A stretch of 48,397 bases of DNA from Candidatus Poseidoniia archaeon (GCA_022449785.1 JAKURQ010000005.1:1-48397); one strand, 5' to 3'. Positions 1 through 9,257 are shown, counted from the stretch's first letter. The notes: generated by a model from the sequence alone, not told the origin. A program made the numbers and translations.

Positions 1-534
1 ATCTCTTGTGATGAATGTGAAGATTTAGTTATTGATGGTAGCAACGCTAAGTTTAGCGCTACTCAACCAGTAACTATTGCTTTTGGAAAAGCTCAAGACA
101 CAAGTGAATGTGACGCAATTGTAACTATTGGTGAAGGAGGTTATTCCTTTGAACCAGCTGAAATCACAATTTCAGAAGGAGATACAGTTTGCTGGATTTG
201 GAAAGATACAGCAGATGTTCATAATGTAGTAGAGATTGCAACAAAGTTCGATGCAGACATGAACCTTGAAGATGCCAAGATTGGTTTCTACAGTGGTGAA
301 TCTGCTACTACAGTTGATTTCAGACATACATTTACTGAAAACGACAAGACACATTACTATGTTTGTGAACCACATGCAACTATGGGAATGGTTGGTACAG
401 TAACTGTTGGAAATGGAACAGAAGCTGATCCAATTCAAGCAATCGCTGATGAATCAGGATTGCCAAGCATTAGTTTCGCAGTTGGTGCACTTGTATTAGT
501 CGGCGCAGCAGGTCTACGTCGCAGAATACACTAA
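1..534 (+). CDS. Cupredoxin (plastocyanin/halocyanin-like type-1 blue copper protein), 5'-truncated by the window edge, with a C-terminal membrane anchor
   Basis: Frame 1 is open from nt 1 (my translation), upstream of the listed 259..534 ORF. Type-1 Cu ligand pattern: His in ADVHNVV and C-x-P-H-x2-M in YYVCEPHATMGMVGTVTV. The C-terminus GLPSISFAVGALVLVGAAGLRRRIH is a hydrophobic helix plus basic tail. Confidence 0.8.
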   Translation: MSCDECEDLVIDGSNAKFSATQPVTIAFGKAQDTSECDAIVTIGEGGYSFEPAEITISEGDTVCWIWKDTADVHNVVEIATKFDADMNLEDAKIGFYSGESATTVDFRHTFTENDKTHYYVCEPHATMGMVGTVTVGNGTEADPIQAIADESGLPSISFAVGALVLVGAAGLRRRIH

Positions 535-564
535 GCATAAATATCTGGGTAATACCCCTCTGTT

Positions 565-1053
565 ATGACAGAGGGGATACCAGTAGTCAGAATGTATACT
601 GACGAAAGTGGTCACACTAGATTTGCAAAGATGCGAATCCCGGTAGTAAGCAAGACAGGTCTTGGTTCTGTAGGCCTATTTTCATCACTGTTCGTTAATG
701 AGAATATTGATGATAATACTGGAGATTTGAAAACTCAGTTTGCGCTTACACCAGTTCCAGAAAATCTAGAAGGAGAAGGTCCTAAGCTTGCACATACAGC
801 ACCTAGGAGGCAACTTGTATTGACTTTAAGCGGTTGTTTAGAGTTCAAAAGCTGTGATGTTGACACAGAAGATGAAGAGCATAAAGTCATCATCCGTAGA
901 GGGGATATTCTATTGGCCGAGGATTTGGAAGGAGCAGGTCACGTCTGGCGCTTCATTGAGGCTCAGGATGGCCACCTTTATCCTTGGATAAGATGCTACA
1001 TACACCTTGGAGAAGAATACGAACATTTTGTTTCACAACTAGTAGAAAATTAA
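565..1053 (+). CDS. Hypothetical protein, possibly cupin-fold
   Basis: 162-aa ORF with no competing frame. The segments HTAPRRQLVLTLSGCLEF ... GDILLAEDLEGAGHVWRF resemble cupin beta-barrel motifs. Weak assignment. Confidence 0.45.
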   Translation: MTEGIPVVRMYTDESGHTRFAKMRIPVVSKTGLGSVGLFSSLFVNENIDDNTGDLKTQFALTPVPENLEGEGPKLAHTAPRRQLVLTLSGCLEFKSCDVDTEDEEHKVIIRRGDILLAEDLEGAGHVWRFIEAQDGHLYPWIRCYIHLGEEYEHFVSQLVEN

Positions 1054-1098
1054 GCATTAGGACTTAAGTTTAATAAGGGCAGATTTTAGATTTAAATT

Positions 1099-3726
1099 AT
1101 GGGTAAGGAAATGTCACCAAAGATGCGTTGGCAATTGTCAATGATAGCCTTTGTTTTCTTCTTCATTATCGTTCTTGCAGGTTTTTCACCAGACGTTGGT
1201 CGAGAAATGAGTCAGAGAGAAGAATTTTCTTATCCAGATAGTGATGTTTGGAAAGCATCAGATAGAGCCGAAGAGAAGATGCCTGAAGAATACTGGATGG
1301 TTTTCCAGATTGTTATGGGCGATTCAGAGGATTCTGAAGACCATAATGCCTTGGACTTTGAAGTATTTAGAGAAACTACCAATCGAAATGATCAGTTAAG
1401 AGCAGATAATGATACAAGTCAATATTTTGATGTTAAATTCAATTGGCAAGTTAATCAGAATGAACTTTCTACTATGTGGGGTTTACCAGATACAGTTCGC
1501 TCCACAATGAACAACGAGACTCCAGTTACGTCAGTAATAGGCTATACAGGTTCAAATTATGAAGACGCAAGCCAAGAGGATTTTACTTATGTTCTAAATG
1601 CTTTATTCAATATTCGTTCTGAAGATGGTACATTCGTATACAGAGGTTTGGTTTCTCCTGATCTTTGTGTAGTAACAGACAATGAATGTACCAAACCACG
1701 TGATGATTACGATTATAATATTGAAGCTTATGCTACAGGAACATCATATTGGAAAGCTAAAGGTTTCACAATGATAGGTGAAGCTAATTCAACACGTCTC
1801 TTTGCAGACTATCCTCGACAAAGAGGTGATTATGAACACTTTGAATATTGGGAACAGAAAGTTGATGCTTACTATCTTGATCCTCTAGCATCAGATGAAG
1901 ATGTAGATTTCTATTCTTATCTTGCATTTGGTCTTGAACTAGATGATCAGATAAATTCTACAGCACCCTTGATTGTGATTTCTTTTGTTTTGATGGTTCT
2001 CTTGTTGTTTTTCTATTTCCGTAATTTAGGTGATGTGTTGGTAAGTGGCTTAGGTTTAGCTTTGTTGATGGTTTGCATGATAGCAAATTCATTTTGGCTT
2101 GGTTTCCCTCAAACACAACTTGCTGCAATGCTACCGATTCTAATGTTGGCTTTAGGAGTGGATTTTGTGATTCACAGTCTCACGCGTTGGCGTAGATTAA
2201 CACTTGAACATCCTTTGTATCCTCATCATCCACAAGAAGCTAGTTTTCATGGCGCTCTGGGTTCAATTAGAACACTTTTTCCAGCTCTCGGTGTAGCTAC
2301 GATAACGACAGTAGTAGCATTTGGAACTGCTACCTTAAGCAATATTCCTGATTTATTTGAATGGGGAATTCTTGGACCAATTGGAATTATTCAAGCTTAT
2401 TTGATAATGGGCGTTTTTGCACCTATATTGAGAAGTTATTTTCCTCCACCTAAACCTGCTGAAGATGTAGGCGAAAAAGGCCTAATCTCAAAAATTGGAG
2501 CTTATTTTAGTGTTAAACAATTATCTTCACTGATGGTAAATCGTTCACTTACTATGCTAATTGTTTTCTTGTTTATTACGATTATTTTATCCCCAATTGT
2601 TCTTGGCAATCCCGAATCGACATTTGATGTAAAAGAATATGCAGATAATGATTCTCGATTTATTCAAACAGTTATTATTGGTCAGGCAACATTTACAGAA
2701 CAAGGAGAACCTGGATATTACGTAATAGAAGGTGAAAATCTTGCAACTTATGAAACCATAGTTGAAATTGATAATATGGAGGTAGAAATTGCAAATCAAA
2801 ATGTAAGTGCTCGTTGGTTAGGCAGTGTACCTTACATAATCCGAACACAAGTTCTGTTAGCTACAAATATAGAAAATAAGGGATATGTTCCTCAAACAGT
2901 TAATCAAACAACAGGATTTCCTACTTCCGAAGAAGAAATTTACAAAGTTTTAGCAGACGTTTACAAAAATGGGACAATTAATCTCGAAGGAACATACTAT
3001 GTTTCACCATCAGAAGCTAGAGAGCTGTATCGCCTTGAAAACGGTAAGATGACGATGGCAAGATCCTGGTTTATAGTTGAGAGGCCGGACGATATTTATG
3101 GTTTAATGAAAGAGCAAAAAGAGCAGTTAGATTCCGCCAGTCAAGGTCTTAATTCGATAGAGGGAGTCTCGGCACAAGTTGCAGGTTTGAGTTATGAAAG
3201 ATATGTGTATGTCTTAGAAATAACAGATAGTTTCCAAGAAAGTTTGGCAGTAGCAATTATTTTAGCTTTTTTGATTGTACTCTTTGTTCTTAGAGATGTG
3301 AGACTGAGTTTGATAACAATTTTACCAGTTGTTGCGATTACTCTATGGTTGAGAGGTGGAATGGTTCTAACAGGGACTTCTATCAATCTAGTTACAGTAC
3401 AAATATCAAGTTTAGCAATAGGTTTGGGCGTGGATTATGCAATTCACATGGTCCAGAGAGTAAGAGAAGCTAGGTTTGACAATCCTGACGGAACACAAGA
3501 AGAATGGATGGCTGAAAGTTTAGACGAAACAGGGAATAATGTTGCTATGTCGGCATTCACTGATTTCGTAGGTTTCATGGTTCTAACTTTATCCATTATG
3601 CCTCTGTTTGTTACATTTGGACTAATAATGGCAATTATGATTTTCCTTTCATTTGTTGCAGCCGTAATTATGCTTCCAGCATTACTCTATCAATTTGGTA
3701 ATCTAGAAAAGAAATCTTCCCTCTAA
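1099..3726 (+). CDS. RND-superfamily/MMPL-like exporter (sterol-sensing-domain type, 12-TM with two large extracytoplasmic domains)
   Basis: 875 aa with two TM bundles, each containing the conserved GVD(F/Y)xIH motif (LALGVDFVIHSLTRW and GLGVDYAIHMVQRVRE). A large soluble domain precedes each bundle, as in COG1033-type predicted exporters. Confidence 0.8.
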   Translation: MGKEMSPKMRWQLSMIAFVFFFIIVLAGFSPDVGREMSQREEFSYPDSDVWKASDRAEEKMPEEYWMVFQIVMGDSEDSEDHNALDFEVFRETTNRNDQLRADNDTSQYFDVKFNWQVNQNELSTMWGLPDTVRSTMNNETPVTSVIGYTGSNYEDASQEDFTYVLNALFNIRSEDGTFVYRGLVSPDLCVVTDNECTKPRDDYDYNIEAYATGTSYWKAKGFTMIGEANSTRLFADYPRQRGDYEHFEYWEQKVDAYYLDPLASDEDVDFYSYLAFGLELDDQINSTAPLIVISFVLMVLLLFFYFRNLGDVLVSGLGLALLMVCMIANSFWLGFPQTQLAAMLPILMLALGVDFVIHSLTRWRRLTLEHPLYPHHPQEASFHGALGSIRTLFPALGVATITTVVAFGTATLSNIPDLFEWGILGPIGIIQAYLIMGVFAPILRSYFPPPKPAEDVGEKGLISKIGAYFSVKQLSSLMVNRSLTMLIVFLFITIILSPIVLGNPESTFDVKEYADNDSRFIQTVIIGQATFTEQGEPGYYVIEGENLATYETIVEIDNMEVEIANQNVSARWLGSVPYIIRTQVLLATNIENKGYVPQTVNQTTGFPTSEEEIYKVLADVYKNGTINLEGTYYVSPSEARELYRLENGKMTMARSWFIVERPDDIYGLMKEQKEQLDSASQGLNSIEGVSAQVAGLSYERYVYVLEITDSFQESLAVAIILAFLIVLFVLRDVRLSLITILPVVAITLWLRGGMVLTGTSINLVTVQISSLAIGLGVDYAIHMVQRVREARFDNPDGTQEEWMAESLDETGNNVAMSAFTDFVGFMVLTLSIMPLFVTFGLIMAIMIFLSFVAAVIMLPALLYQFGNLEKKSSL

Positions 3727-5453
3727 AATCCGCTTCTTTTGAATTTTTTATCTAGTTCTGAAGGTGTAATGGTCATTACAGTAGGTCTACCATGTACACA
3801 AGCATAAGGATTTGGAATTGATTCCATTTCTCTTATGACAAATTCCATTTGAGCCATTGTTAATTTATCGCCAGCACGTAAAGCAGAATGACATGCAACA
3901 GTATACATCATGTAAGTGTGTTTTTCCTCTGCAGATTTCATAGAACCACTCTCTACGATATCGTCTATTGCCTCTCTAATTCTCTCAGGTTCTGAACCGG
4001 CTAATAATGCAGGTACACTTCTTATCATGAAGGAAGAAGGCCCAAATTTTTCTACGTCAAATCCCATATCATTTACTTCAGGAAGAATTCCTTCAAAAGC
4101 AGTTGATTCGCTTTTTGATAATTCTAGTGAGATAGGTTTCAGAAGATCTTGTTTTCCGACTCTTTTGAATTGTGCTTGATCCTTCAAACGTTCATACATT
4201 ACTCTTTCATGCGCAGCGTGAAAATCAATAATGTAAAGTCCATCTAAACCCATAGCAACAATATATTTGTTTTCAATTAGTGCTAATGGCCTCATAGAAG
4301 GCATGTTTGTCTCTACTTCTTCTTCATTCAATTCAACATCAAATTCTTGTTGCAAACTATCAATAGAATTTACGGGCGTAGCTCTTGATTTAGACGAAGT
4401 CGTAGGCATAGGTGTTCCAAAAATTGAGTCAGTTTTACTACTTTCAAGATTGACATTAGCAATCAGAGCTTGTTCAGATAAAATATTCTTTATTATTTCT
4501 CGAAGTGATTTGTTTACTTTCTCTTCTCTAGCAATTCGAACTATGGTTTTAGCAGGATGTACATTCACATCAACATCTTTTGCAGGAATTTCCAAGAACA
4601 ATGCACCTATCGGAAAATGCCCATCATGTAGCAAACTTCCATAGGCTCCCTTAATCGAATAACAAATATTTCGTGCTTGCACAGGTCTTCCGTTTACATG
4701 CAGATACAATCCAGCCATTGACTTTCTAGAAACAGCCGGTCTTGTTAGAAAACCTTCAAGACGTAATCCATCAGCTTCTCCACTCATTTCAATCAATTCT
4801 TTCGAAGCATCCCTGCCAAGCAAGACTCCAATTCTAGTTTTCAAATCTGATGCGGGTGCATCAATTAGTTTCCTTTCACCATGAACCAAATTAAACGCTA
4901 CATCAGGCCTACGAATCGCTTCTGTTGTCACAATTTTGACTATATGTTGAAGTTCCGTCGCTACTCTCTTAAGATGCTTTGATCTTGCTGGTGTATTGAA
5001 GAAAAGGTCCGCAACTTCTATTGTTGTTCCTTGTGGTGAAGCATGTTCTTCAACCTCCAAATTATTATTTCCTTCTATTGTGATTCTAGTTCCAACATCA
5101 GTTCCTTTTCTACATGTTGTAATCCTTAGTCGTGATACTGAAGCTATAGATGGTAAGGCTTCACCTCTGAATCCAGAAGTATTAACGTCTTGTAAATCAT
5201 CAAAAGAGCGTATTTTTGAAGTCGAATGCTTTTGGAAGGCTAATTTTGCATCTTCCGCATCCATTCCATCTCCATCATCTCTAACTAGGACTAAGGAGGT
5301 ACCACCTTCTTCGATTCTAATCCAAATATTCTTTGCATTTGCATCTAGTGAATTTTCAACAAGTTCTTTGACGACAGAGGCCGGCCTTTCGATTACTTCA
5401 CCAGCAGCAATTTGGTTAATTGTGTGGTCATCTAGAACTTGAATTTTACCCAT
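3723..5453 (-). CDS. mutL: DNA mismatch repair protein MutL (endonuclease-proficient type)
   Basis: The N-terminus has the GHKL ATPase motifs of MutL (INQIAAGEVIERPASVVKELVENSLDA, DDGDGM). The C-terminus has DFHAAHERVMYE (the DQHAx2Ex4E endonuclease motif), ACHSALRAG, CVHGRP and FKR. Confidence 0.95.
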   Translation of the reverse strand: MGKIQVLDDHTINQIAAGEVIERPASVVKELVENSLDANAKNIWIRIEEGGTSLVLVRDDGDGMDAEDAKLAFQKHSTSKIRSFDDLQDVNTSGFRGEALPSIASVSRLRITTCRKGTDVGTRITIEGNNNLEVEEHASPQGTTIEVADLFFNTPARSKHLKRVATELQHIVKIVTTEAIRRPDVAFNLVHGERKLIDAPASDLKTRIGVLLGRDASKELIEMSGEADGLRLEGFLTRPAVSRKSMAGLYLHVNGRPVQARNICYSIKGAYGSLLHDGHFPIGALFLEIPAKDVDVNVHPAKTIVRIAREEKVNKSLREIIKNILSEQALIANVNLESSKTDSIFGTPMPTTSSKSRATPVNSIDSLQQEFDVELNEEEVETNMPSMRPLALIENKYIVAMGLDGLYIIDFHAAHERVMYERLKDQAQFKRVGKQDLLKPISLELSKSESTAFEGILPEVNDMGFDVEKFGPSSFMIRSVPALLAGSEPERIREAIDDIVESGSMKSAEEKHTYMMYTVACHSALRAGDKLTMAQMEFVIREMESIPNPYACVHGRPTVMTITPSELDKKFKRSGF

Positions 5454-5548
5454 GCTTGGAAGTCCCTAATTGTGCCCCCTCTAAATGACCTTTTTTGACA
5501 TTGTTAATTAACAGATGCATTTTTTTAGGGGATATTGATTCGTAGTAT

Positions 5549-6370
5549 ATGGAAGAAGAATTAGAGCAAGAAGAACAACAAGATGAGGATCAAAAGTTAT
5601 TCAAACCAAGTAAGAAGGGATTTTTCACATTGTTACTTGAATCTTTTAAATTTTTCACATTAAACTTGCCTGCTATTGCTACAATAGTTGTTCCTGTTTT
5701 TTTAATAGTAGAATATTTGGTTCCCCTTCTATCAACCTTCGTTGATGATTTAGCAAATGAGTTAACAGGGTGGAAGTTTATTGATAATTTCTTGAGTGGA
5801 GTTATAGAATACATAACGATTGAATTCATTCGCCAATTAATTGGCGGAATTGCTTGGATTGCAGTCATTAGAGTTATTGCAGGCGCAATGCACGGAGAAA
5901 AGATTCCTGGTGTTCAAGCACTAAAGGATGGGACAAATATGCTACCTATGTATTTTGTAACTGCCGTAATCTTCTATGTTTTTTGGATTATCACTTCACT
6001 GTTACTGATTATTCCAGGAATAATTTTTGCAGTTTATTGTGCTTTTTGGCAGTACAGTTATGTTTTGAGAGGAAAAGGAGCGTTTTCCGCATTAACTTAT
6101 AGTTATTCTTTAGTTAAAGATGATTTTGTGCGCGTATTCTTGAACGTTTTTGGTATAATGGTGTTCCTCATTGTGTTTGATTATTTCCTACTTGAATTTA
6201 TTTCTACTACAATAGCTGGGGCAGTTGATTCTGAGGAAGGCTTACTTTATGGGATAGTTAATGCAATTATTATGGCATTAGGGAAAGTTCTTGAATTAGG
6301 TATAGAAATAATCTTCCTTATGATGCTGTTTATGACTTTAGAAGAGGAAAATACTGAAACACATATTTAG
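5549..6370 (+). CDS. Polytopic membrane protein with an acidic N-terminus, function unknown
   Basis: 273 aa. The N-terminus is acidic (EEELEQEEQQDEDQ) and is followed by about 6 hydrophobic helices. Confidence 0.6.
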   Translation: MEEELEQEEQQDEDQKLFKPSKKGFFTLLLESFKFFTLNLPAIATIVVPVFLIVEYLVPLLSTFVDDLANELTGWKFIDNFLSGVIEYITIEFIRQLIGGIAWIAVIRVIAGAMHGEKIPGVQALKDGTNMLPMYFVTAVIFYVFWIITSLLLIIPGIIFAVYCAFWQYSYVLRGKGAFSALTYSYSLVKDDFVRVFLNVFGIMVFLIVFDYFLLEFISTTIAGAVDSEEGLLYGIVNAIIMALGKVLELGIEIIFLMMLFMTLEEENTETHI

Positions 6371-6403
6371 TCACATTAGTATAGATAACCAGAGGCGATA
6401 CCT

Positions 6404-6637
6404 TTGGAACGAATCGAAGCAATGAAATGGACAGGTACAGGTTTAATTCTGACTGGAATTTTACTTACTAATTTAGATCAATATCCAATGAATATATTTT
6501 TTCATGGAGCCGGAGTTCTATTTTGGTCAACAGCAGGTTATATGACTAATGATAAACCAATAATGGCTAATTTCGGGTTACAAATTCCCTTATTTATTAT
6601 TGGATATACTAAATTATTTCTTGAGTTTTATAATTAA
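6404..6637 (+). CDS. Small membrane protein (about 72-77 aa, 2-3 TM), function unknown
   Basis: The listed ORF starts at TTG 6404. An in-frame ATG at 6422 (MKWTGTGLILTGILL...) is a more plausible start. The sequence is hydrophobic throughout. Confidence 0.45.
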   Translation: MERIEAMKWTGTGLILTGILLTNLDQYPMNIFFHGAGVLFWSTAGYMTNDKPIMANFGLQIPLFIIGYTKLFLEFYN

Positions 6638-7560
6638 TTTAGTTCTATGTCAGAAGTTCCTTTTACAGGAATGCCTTCGTAAGTTACAGTAATTTTAATG
6701 ATACATGTTGAATTACAAATATCAAAATTATTTTCAAATATAGCAATTTTTTCGTTTGTCTCCCACAAATCTATTTTTTCTCCTGATTCAATAATTGTAC
6801 ATTTAGCTGGCGAAACTAAATCTGAATTTGAAAGGGCTGGAAATTCACTATTACCAATGGTTCCAATCATAAATGATACATATCGTGGTTCATCATCATC
6901 ATTGTAATAACTTGTAAATTTTATTTTGTAATAATTTTCATTAATTTTTACAATGTATATCTTATCTTCAACTTCTATACGGTGTGTGGTTATTTTGTAA
7001 TCATACCAATCCAATCTTTCTTCACTTGTTTCCGTAAAATCTTGATTGGGTACCTCATTCAACTCCTCGAATGTTTTATCCTCTATGATAGTCCCAGTTA
7101 CATTCTCAGAAAGGTAAATATCAGTCTTAGAGAATCGGATGTCATAAGCAGTTTCATCAGTTTCCTTTAATTCTCCTAAATTGACGTGTGTAAAGTCTTC
7201 TTCAGAAGTCGCATCTATAACTACACTGAATGTTTCCCCATCTGAACTTAGTTTTGGAGAAACTTTTGCATTTCCAATATCTTTAGATGTAAAATTTCCC
7301 TTTGAACAGTCCATAGTTTCAGTTTCATTTTGAATACTAATACTTAATTTCGACCATTCCAAGCTTTCTTCTGATTTTGAAAATGATAATTCAAAAAGGG
7401 AATTATTTCGTTCATTTGTTAGATTATTAGATGAATCATTTGCAACAAAAATATTGTTTGTTCCTAAGTCTTCTTCATACGAACTTATCATAAAACTCCA
7501 TATTCCTCCAATTACTAATATTAGACTAACCAGCCCTATTCCAATTTGTTTTAAATTCAT
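6634..7560 (-). CDS. N-terminally anchored extracytoplasmic protein, HmuY-like domain (tentative); last gene of the ABC operon
   Basis: N-terminal TM (IGIGLVSLILVIGGIWSFMI). The blocks AYDIRFSKTDIYLSEN and DWYDYKITTHRIEVEDKIYIVKINENYYKIKFTSYYND resemble the WDxAFxR and vyiVrt..G.yaKv.ft.Y signatures of HmuY-family proteins. Its ATG overlaps the phnE-like stop (ATGA at 7557-7560). Confidence 0.4.
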   Translation of the reverse strand: MNLKQIGIGLVSLILVIGGIWSFMISSYEEDLGTNNIFVANDSSNNLTNERNNSLFELSFSKSEESLEWSKLSISIQNETETMDCSKGNFTSKDIGNAKVSPKLSSDGETFSVVIDATSEEDFTHVNLGELKETDETAYDIRFSKTDIYLSENVTGTIIEDKTFEELNEVPNQDFTETSEERLDWYDYKITTHRIEVEDKIYIVKINENYYKIKFTSYYNDDDEPRYVSFMIGTIGNSEFPALSNSDLVSPAKCTIIESGEKIDLWETNEKIAIFENNFDICNSTCIIKITVTYEGIPVKGTSDIELN

Positions 7561-8426
7561 TTTTTTGCTCTGAAAATGTTACCAAATAAAGATGGAGATT
7601 TGAAAGTTGCATCATCTACAAAGTAGGATCTTGCCTTTATTGAAATTAAATCAATAGCTATCACAACAAAAAATAGAATAATTAATAATGCAATTACTTT
7701 ATCATACTGTAAGAATTTCAGATATGTTGAGATATAATATCCAATTCCACCAGCCCCTACAATTCCTATAACAGACCCATGTCTTACATTGTATTCAAAC
7801 ATGAAAAACAATTGAGAAATTAGATTATTTGCAGTTTCAGGTATTACTACTCTCTGAATCATTTCACTATTTTTTAGTCCCATCGCTTTTGCTGCATCTA
7901 AAGGATCATTAGATAGTCCTTCTATAGTTTCATATTGTAATTTCCCTAAATATCCAACAGTGTAGAATGTCATGGCCAGAACTCCTGAAACTGGTCCCAA
8001 TCCGACAAGTATAACAAAGAAAATCGCCCAAATAATACTCGGTAAAGTTCTCATTGCCGCTAGTAAGAATCTGAATGGTATTGCTATCGAATCACTGTAT
8101 AAATTTCTGGAAGCTAAAGTGGCAAGTGGTAAACTAATAATGAAGCCAAATCCTGTTGAAACAAAGGCAATTTTCAATGTTTCCATAATACCAATGTATG
8201 CTGGTGAGCAAAGAAAATCCCAGCTTCTTTCACAAGAGGGATATGATCGCGCTTCTATAACTTTCCAATTAGGAGGCCATAAGGATTCGCGGAAAAATCT
8301 TGAAAGATTTTCTAAACTATTCTCAAGGCTTGCCCAATTTCCATCTACGAGATCAACGAATATTAGGTATGTAGTAAAGAGTATGAAAGTTAGGAATATA
8401 GGATATTTTCTTCTCGCGATATTCAT
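7557..8426 (-). CDS. phnE: ABC transporter permease, PhnE type
   Basis: 289 aa and about 6 TM. PhnE-like N-terminal region (LWPPNW ... METLKIAFVSTGFGFIISLPLATLASRNL) and EAA-loop region (YETIEGLSNDPLDAAKAMGL). It overlaps the upstream ATPase gene by 4 nt. Confidence 0.85.
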   Translation of the reverse strand: MNIARRKYPIFLTFILFTTYLIFVDLVDGNWASLENSLENLSRFFRESLWPPNWKVIEARSYPSCERSWDFLCSPAYIGIMETLKIAFVSTGFGFIISLPLATLASRNLYSDSIAIPFRFLLAAMRTLPSIIWAIFFVILVGLGPVSGVLAMTFYTVGYLGKLQYETIEGLSNDPLDAAKAMGLKNSEMIQRVVIPETANNLISQLFFMFEYNVRHGSVIGIVGAGGIGYYISTYLKFLQYDKVIALLIILFFVVIAIDLISIKARSYFVDDATFKSPSLFGNIFRAKK

Positions 8427-9112
8427 ATTTTGACCTCGCTCAGAATCGAATAATCACTTTCTTCATTTTTTTCTAATTTAAAACAACGTTCAGCAAGTCT
8501 TGCTCGTTCAATATTATGCTCTACTATTACTAAAGTAGTATTGTTGCTTGTGACATACTCAAGCATAGATTTCCAAACATTCTCTACAGTCTTGTCATCC
8601 AATTCACTAAGAAATTCATCTGCTAGGATTAATTTAGGGCCTTGAGCTATTGTTCTTGCTATTGCTACTCTTCTTTGTTGCCCTCCAGAAAGTCGTTTTA
8701 CCGGTTCGTCTATCTTATCAGACAAATTCATTAATTCGATTGTTTCTTTTACTTTATCGATAACTTTCTCTTCATGAAAACCAGATATAGATCTTAGAAT
8801 AGATTCATTGCATATGGCCCCTTCTAGTACGTTGGAGTAAACAGTTTCATGCTTGATTAAGCCTAGTTTTTGGGGAATGTATCCTATAACGCCTCTAGCA
8901 GATACTCCTTCAGTATCAAAAACTTTCAAAGTTCCACTTATCGGATTTACTAAACGTGCGATGCTCTTTAGAAATGTAGTTTTACCTATTCCAGATTCAC
9001 CTACTATTGATACTATTTCACCTTGCTCAATTTCTAGGTTGTCTATTTCACCTAAGATTGAATCTGGTGAATAACCTATCTTTAAATTAACAGCATGGAT
9101 GACACTACTCAT
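8423..9112 (-). CDS. phnC: ABC transporter ATP-binding protein, PhnC type
   Basis: Walker A GESGIGKTT, ABC signature LSGGQQRRVAIAR, Walker B LILADEFLSELD, H-loop VIVEHN. Confidence 0.9.
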   Translation of the reverse strand: MSSVIHAVNLKIGYSPDSILGEIDNLEIEQGEIVSIVGESGIGKTTFLKSIARLVNPISGTLKVFDTEGVSARGVIGYIPQKLGLIKHETVYSNVLEGAICNESILRSISGFHEEKVIDKVKETIELMNLSDKIDEPVKRLSGGQQRRVAIARTIAQGPKLILADEFLSELDDKTVENVWKSMLEYVTSNNTTLVIVEHNIERARLAERCFKLEKNEESDYSILSEVKI

Positions 9113-9180
9113 AGACGCCTCTAGGAGTCCTCCGTATTGGACGCACTATTTACCACTACATCATAGGAACTCTGAGGTGT

Positions 9181-9241
9181 TTGCTCATTGAGCAAGGTGT
9201 GAATTCCCTCATCGATATACTGGGACGTGTTGCGATGAGGG
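9181..9241 (-). promoter_or_regulatory. Intercistronic stem-loops between the binding-protein gene and the ATPase gene (putative mRNA stabiliser or partial terminator)
   Basis: CCCTCATCG (9206-9214) pairs with CGATGAGGG (9233-9241), giving a 9-bp stem with an 18-nt loop that starts 17 nt after the stop codon. A second palindrome is TTGCTCA-t-TGAGCAA (9181-9195). The 145-nt spacer is visibly more GC-rich than its surroundings. Confidence 0.35.
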
Positions 9242-9257
9242 GATAGCACCGTAAATC

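Noticed and set aside
439-534. A canonical PGF-CTERM archaeosortase signal on the cupredoxin.
   Set aside because: The defining Pro-Gly-Phe tripeptide is absent (the sequence is LPSISF). Only the generic TM-plus-basic-tail architecture is present, so it is reported as a low-interest variant, not as a feature.
565-3726. A copper-resistance or efflux module (cupredoxin + cupin + RND exporter).
   Set aside because: The RND protein is of the MMPL/SSD (lipid or exporter-like) type, not an HME-RND with metal-binding motifs. There is no CusF/CusB-like partner or CopA. The adjacency alone is insufficient in a genome this compact.
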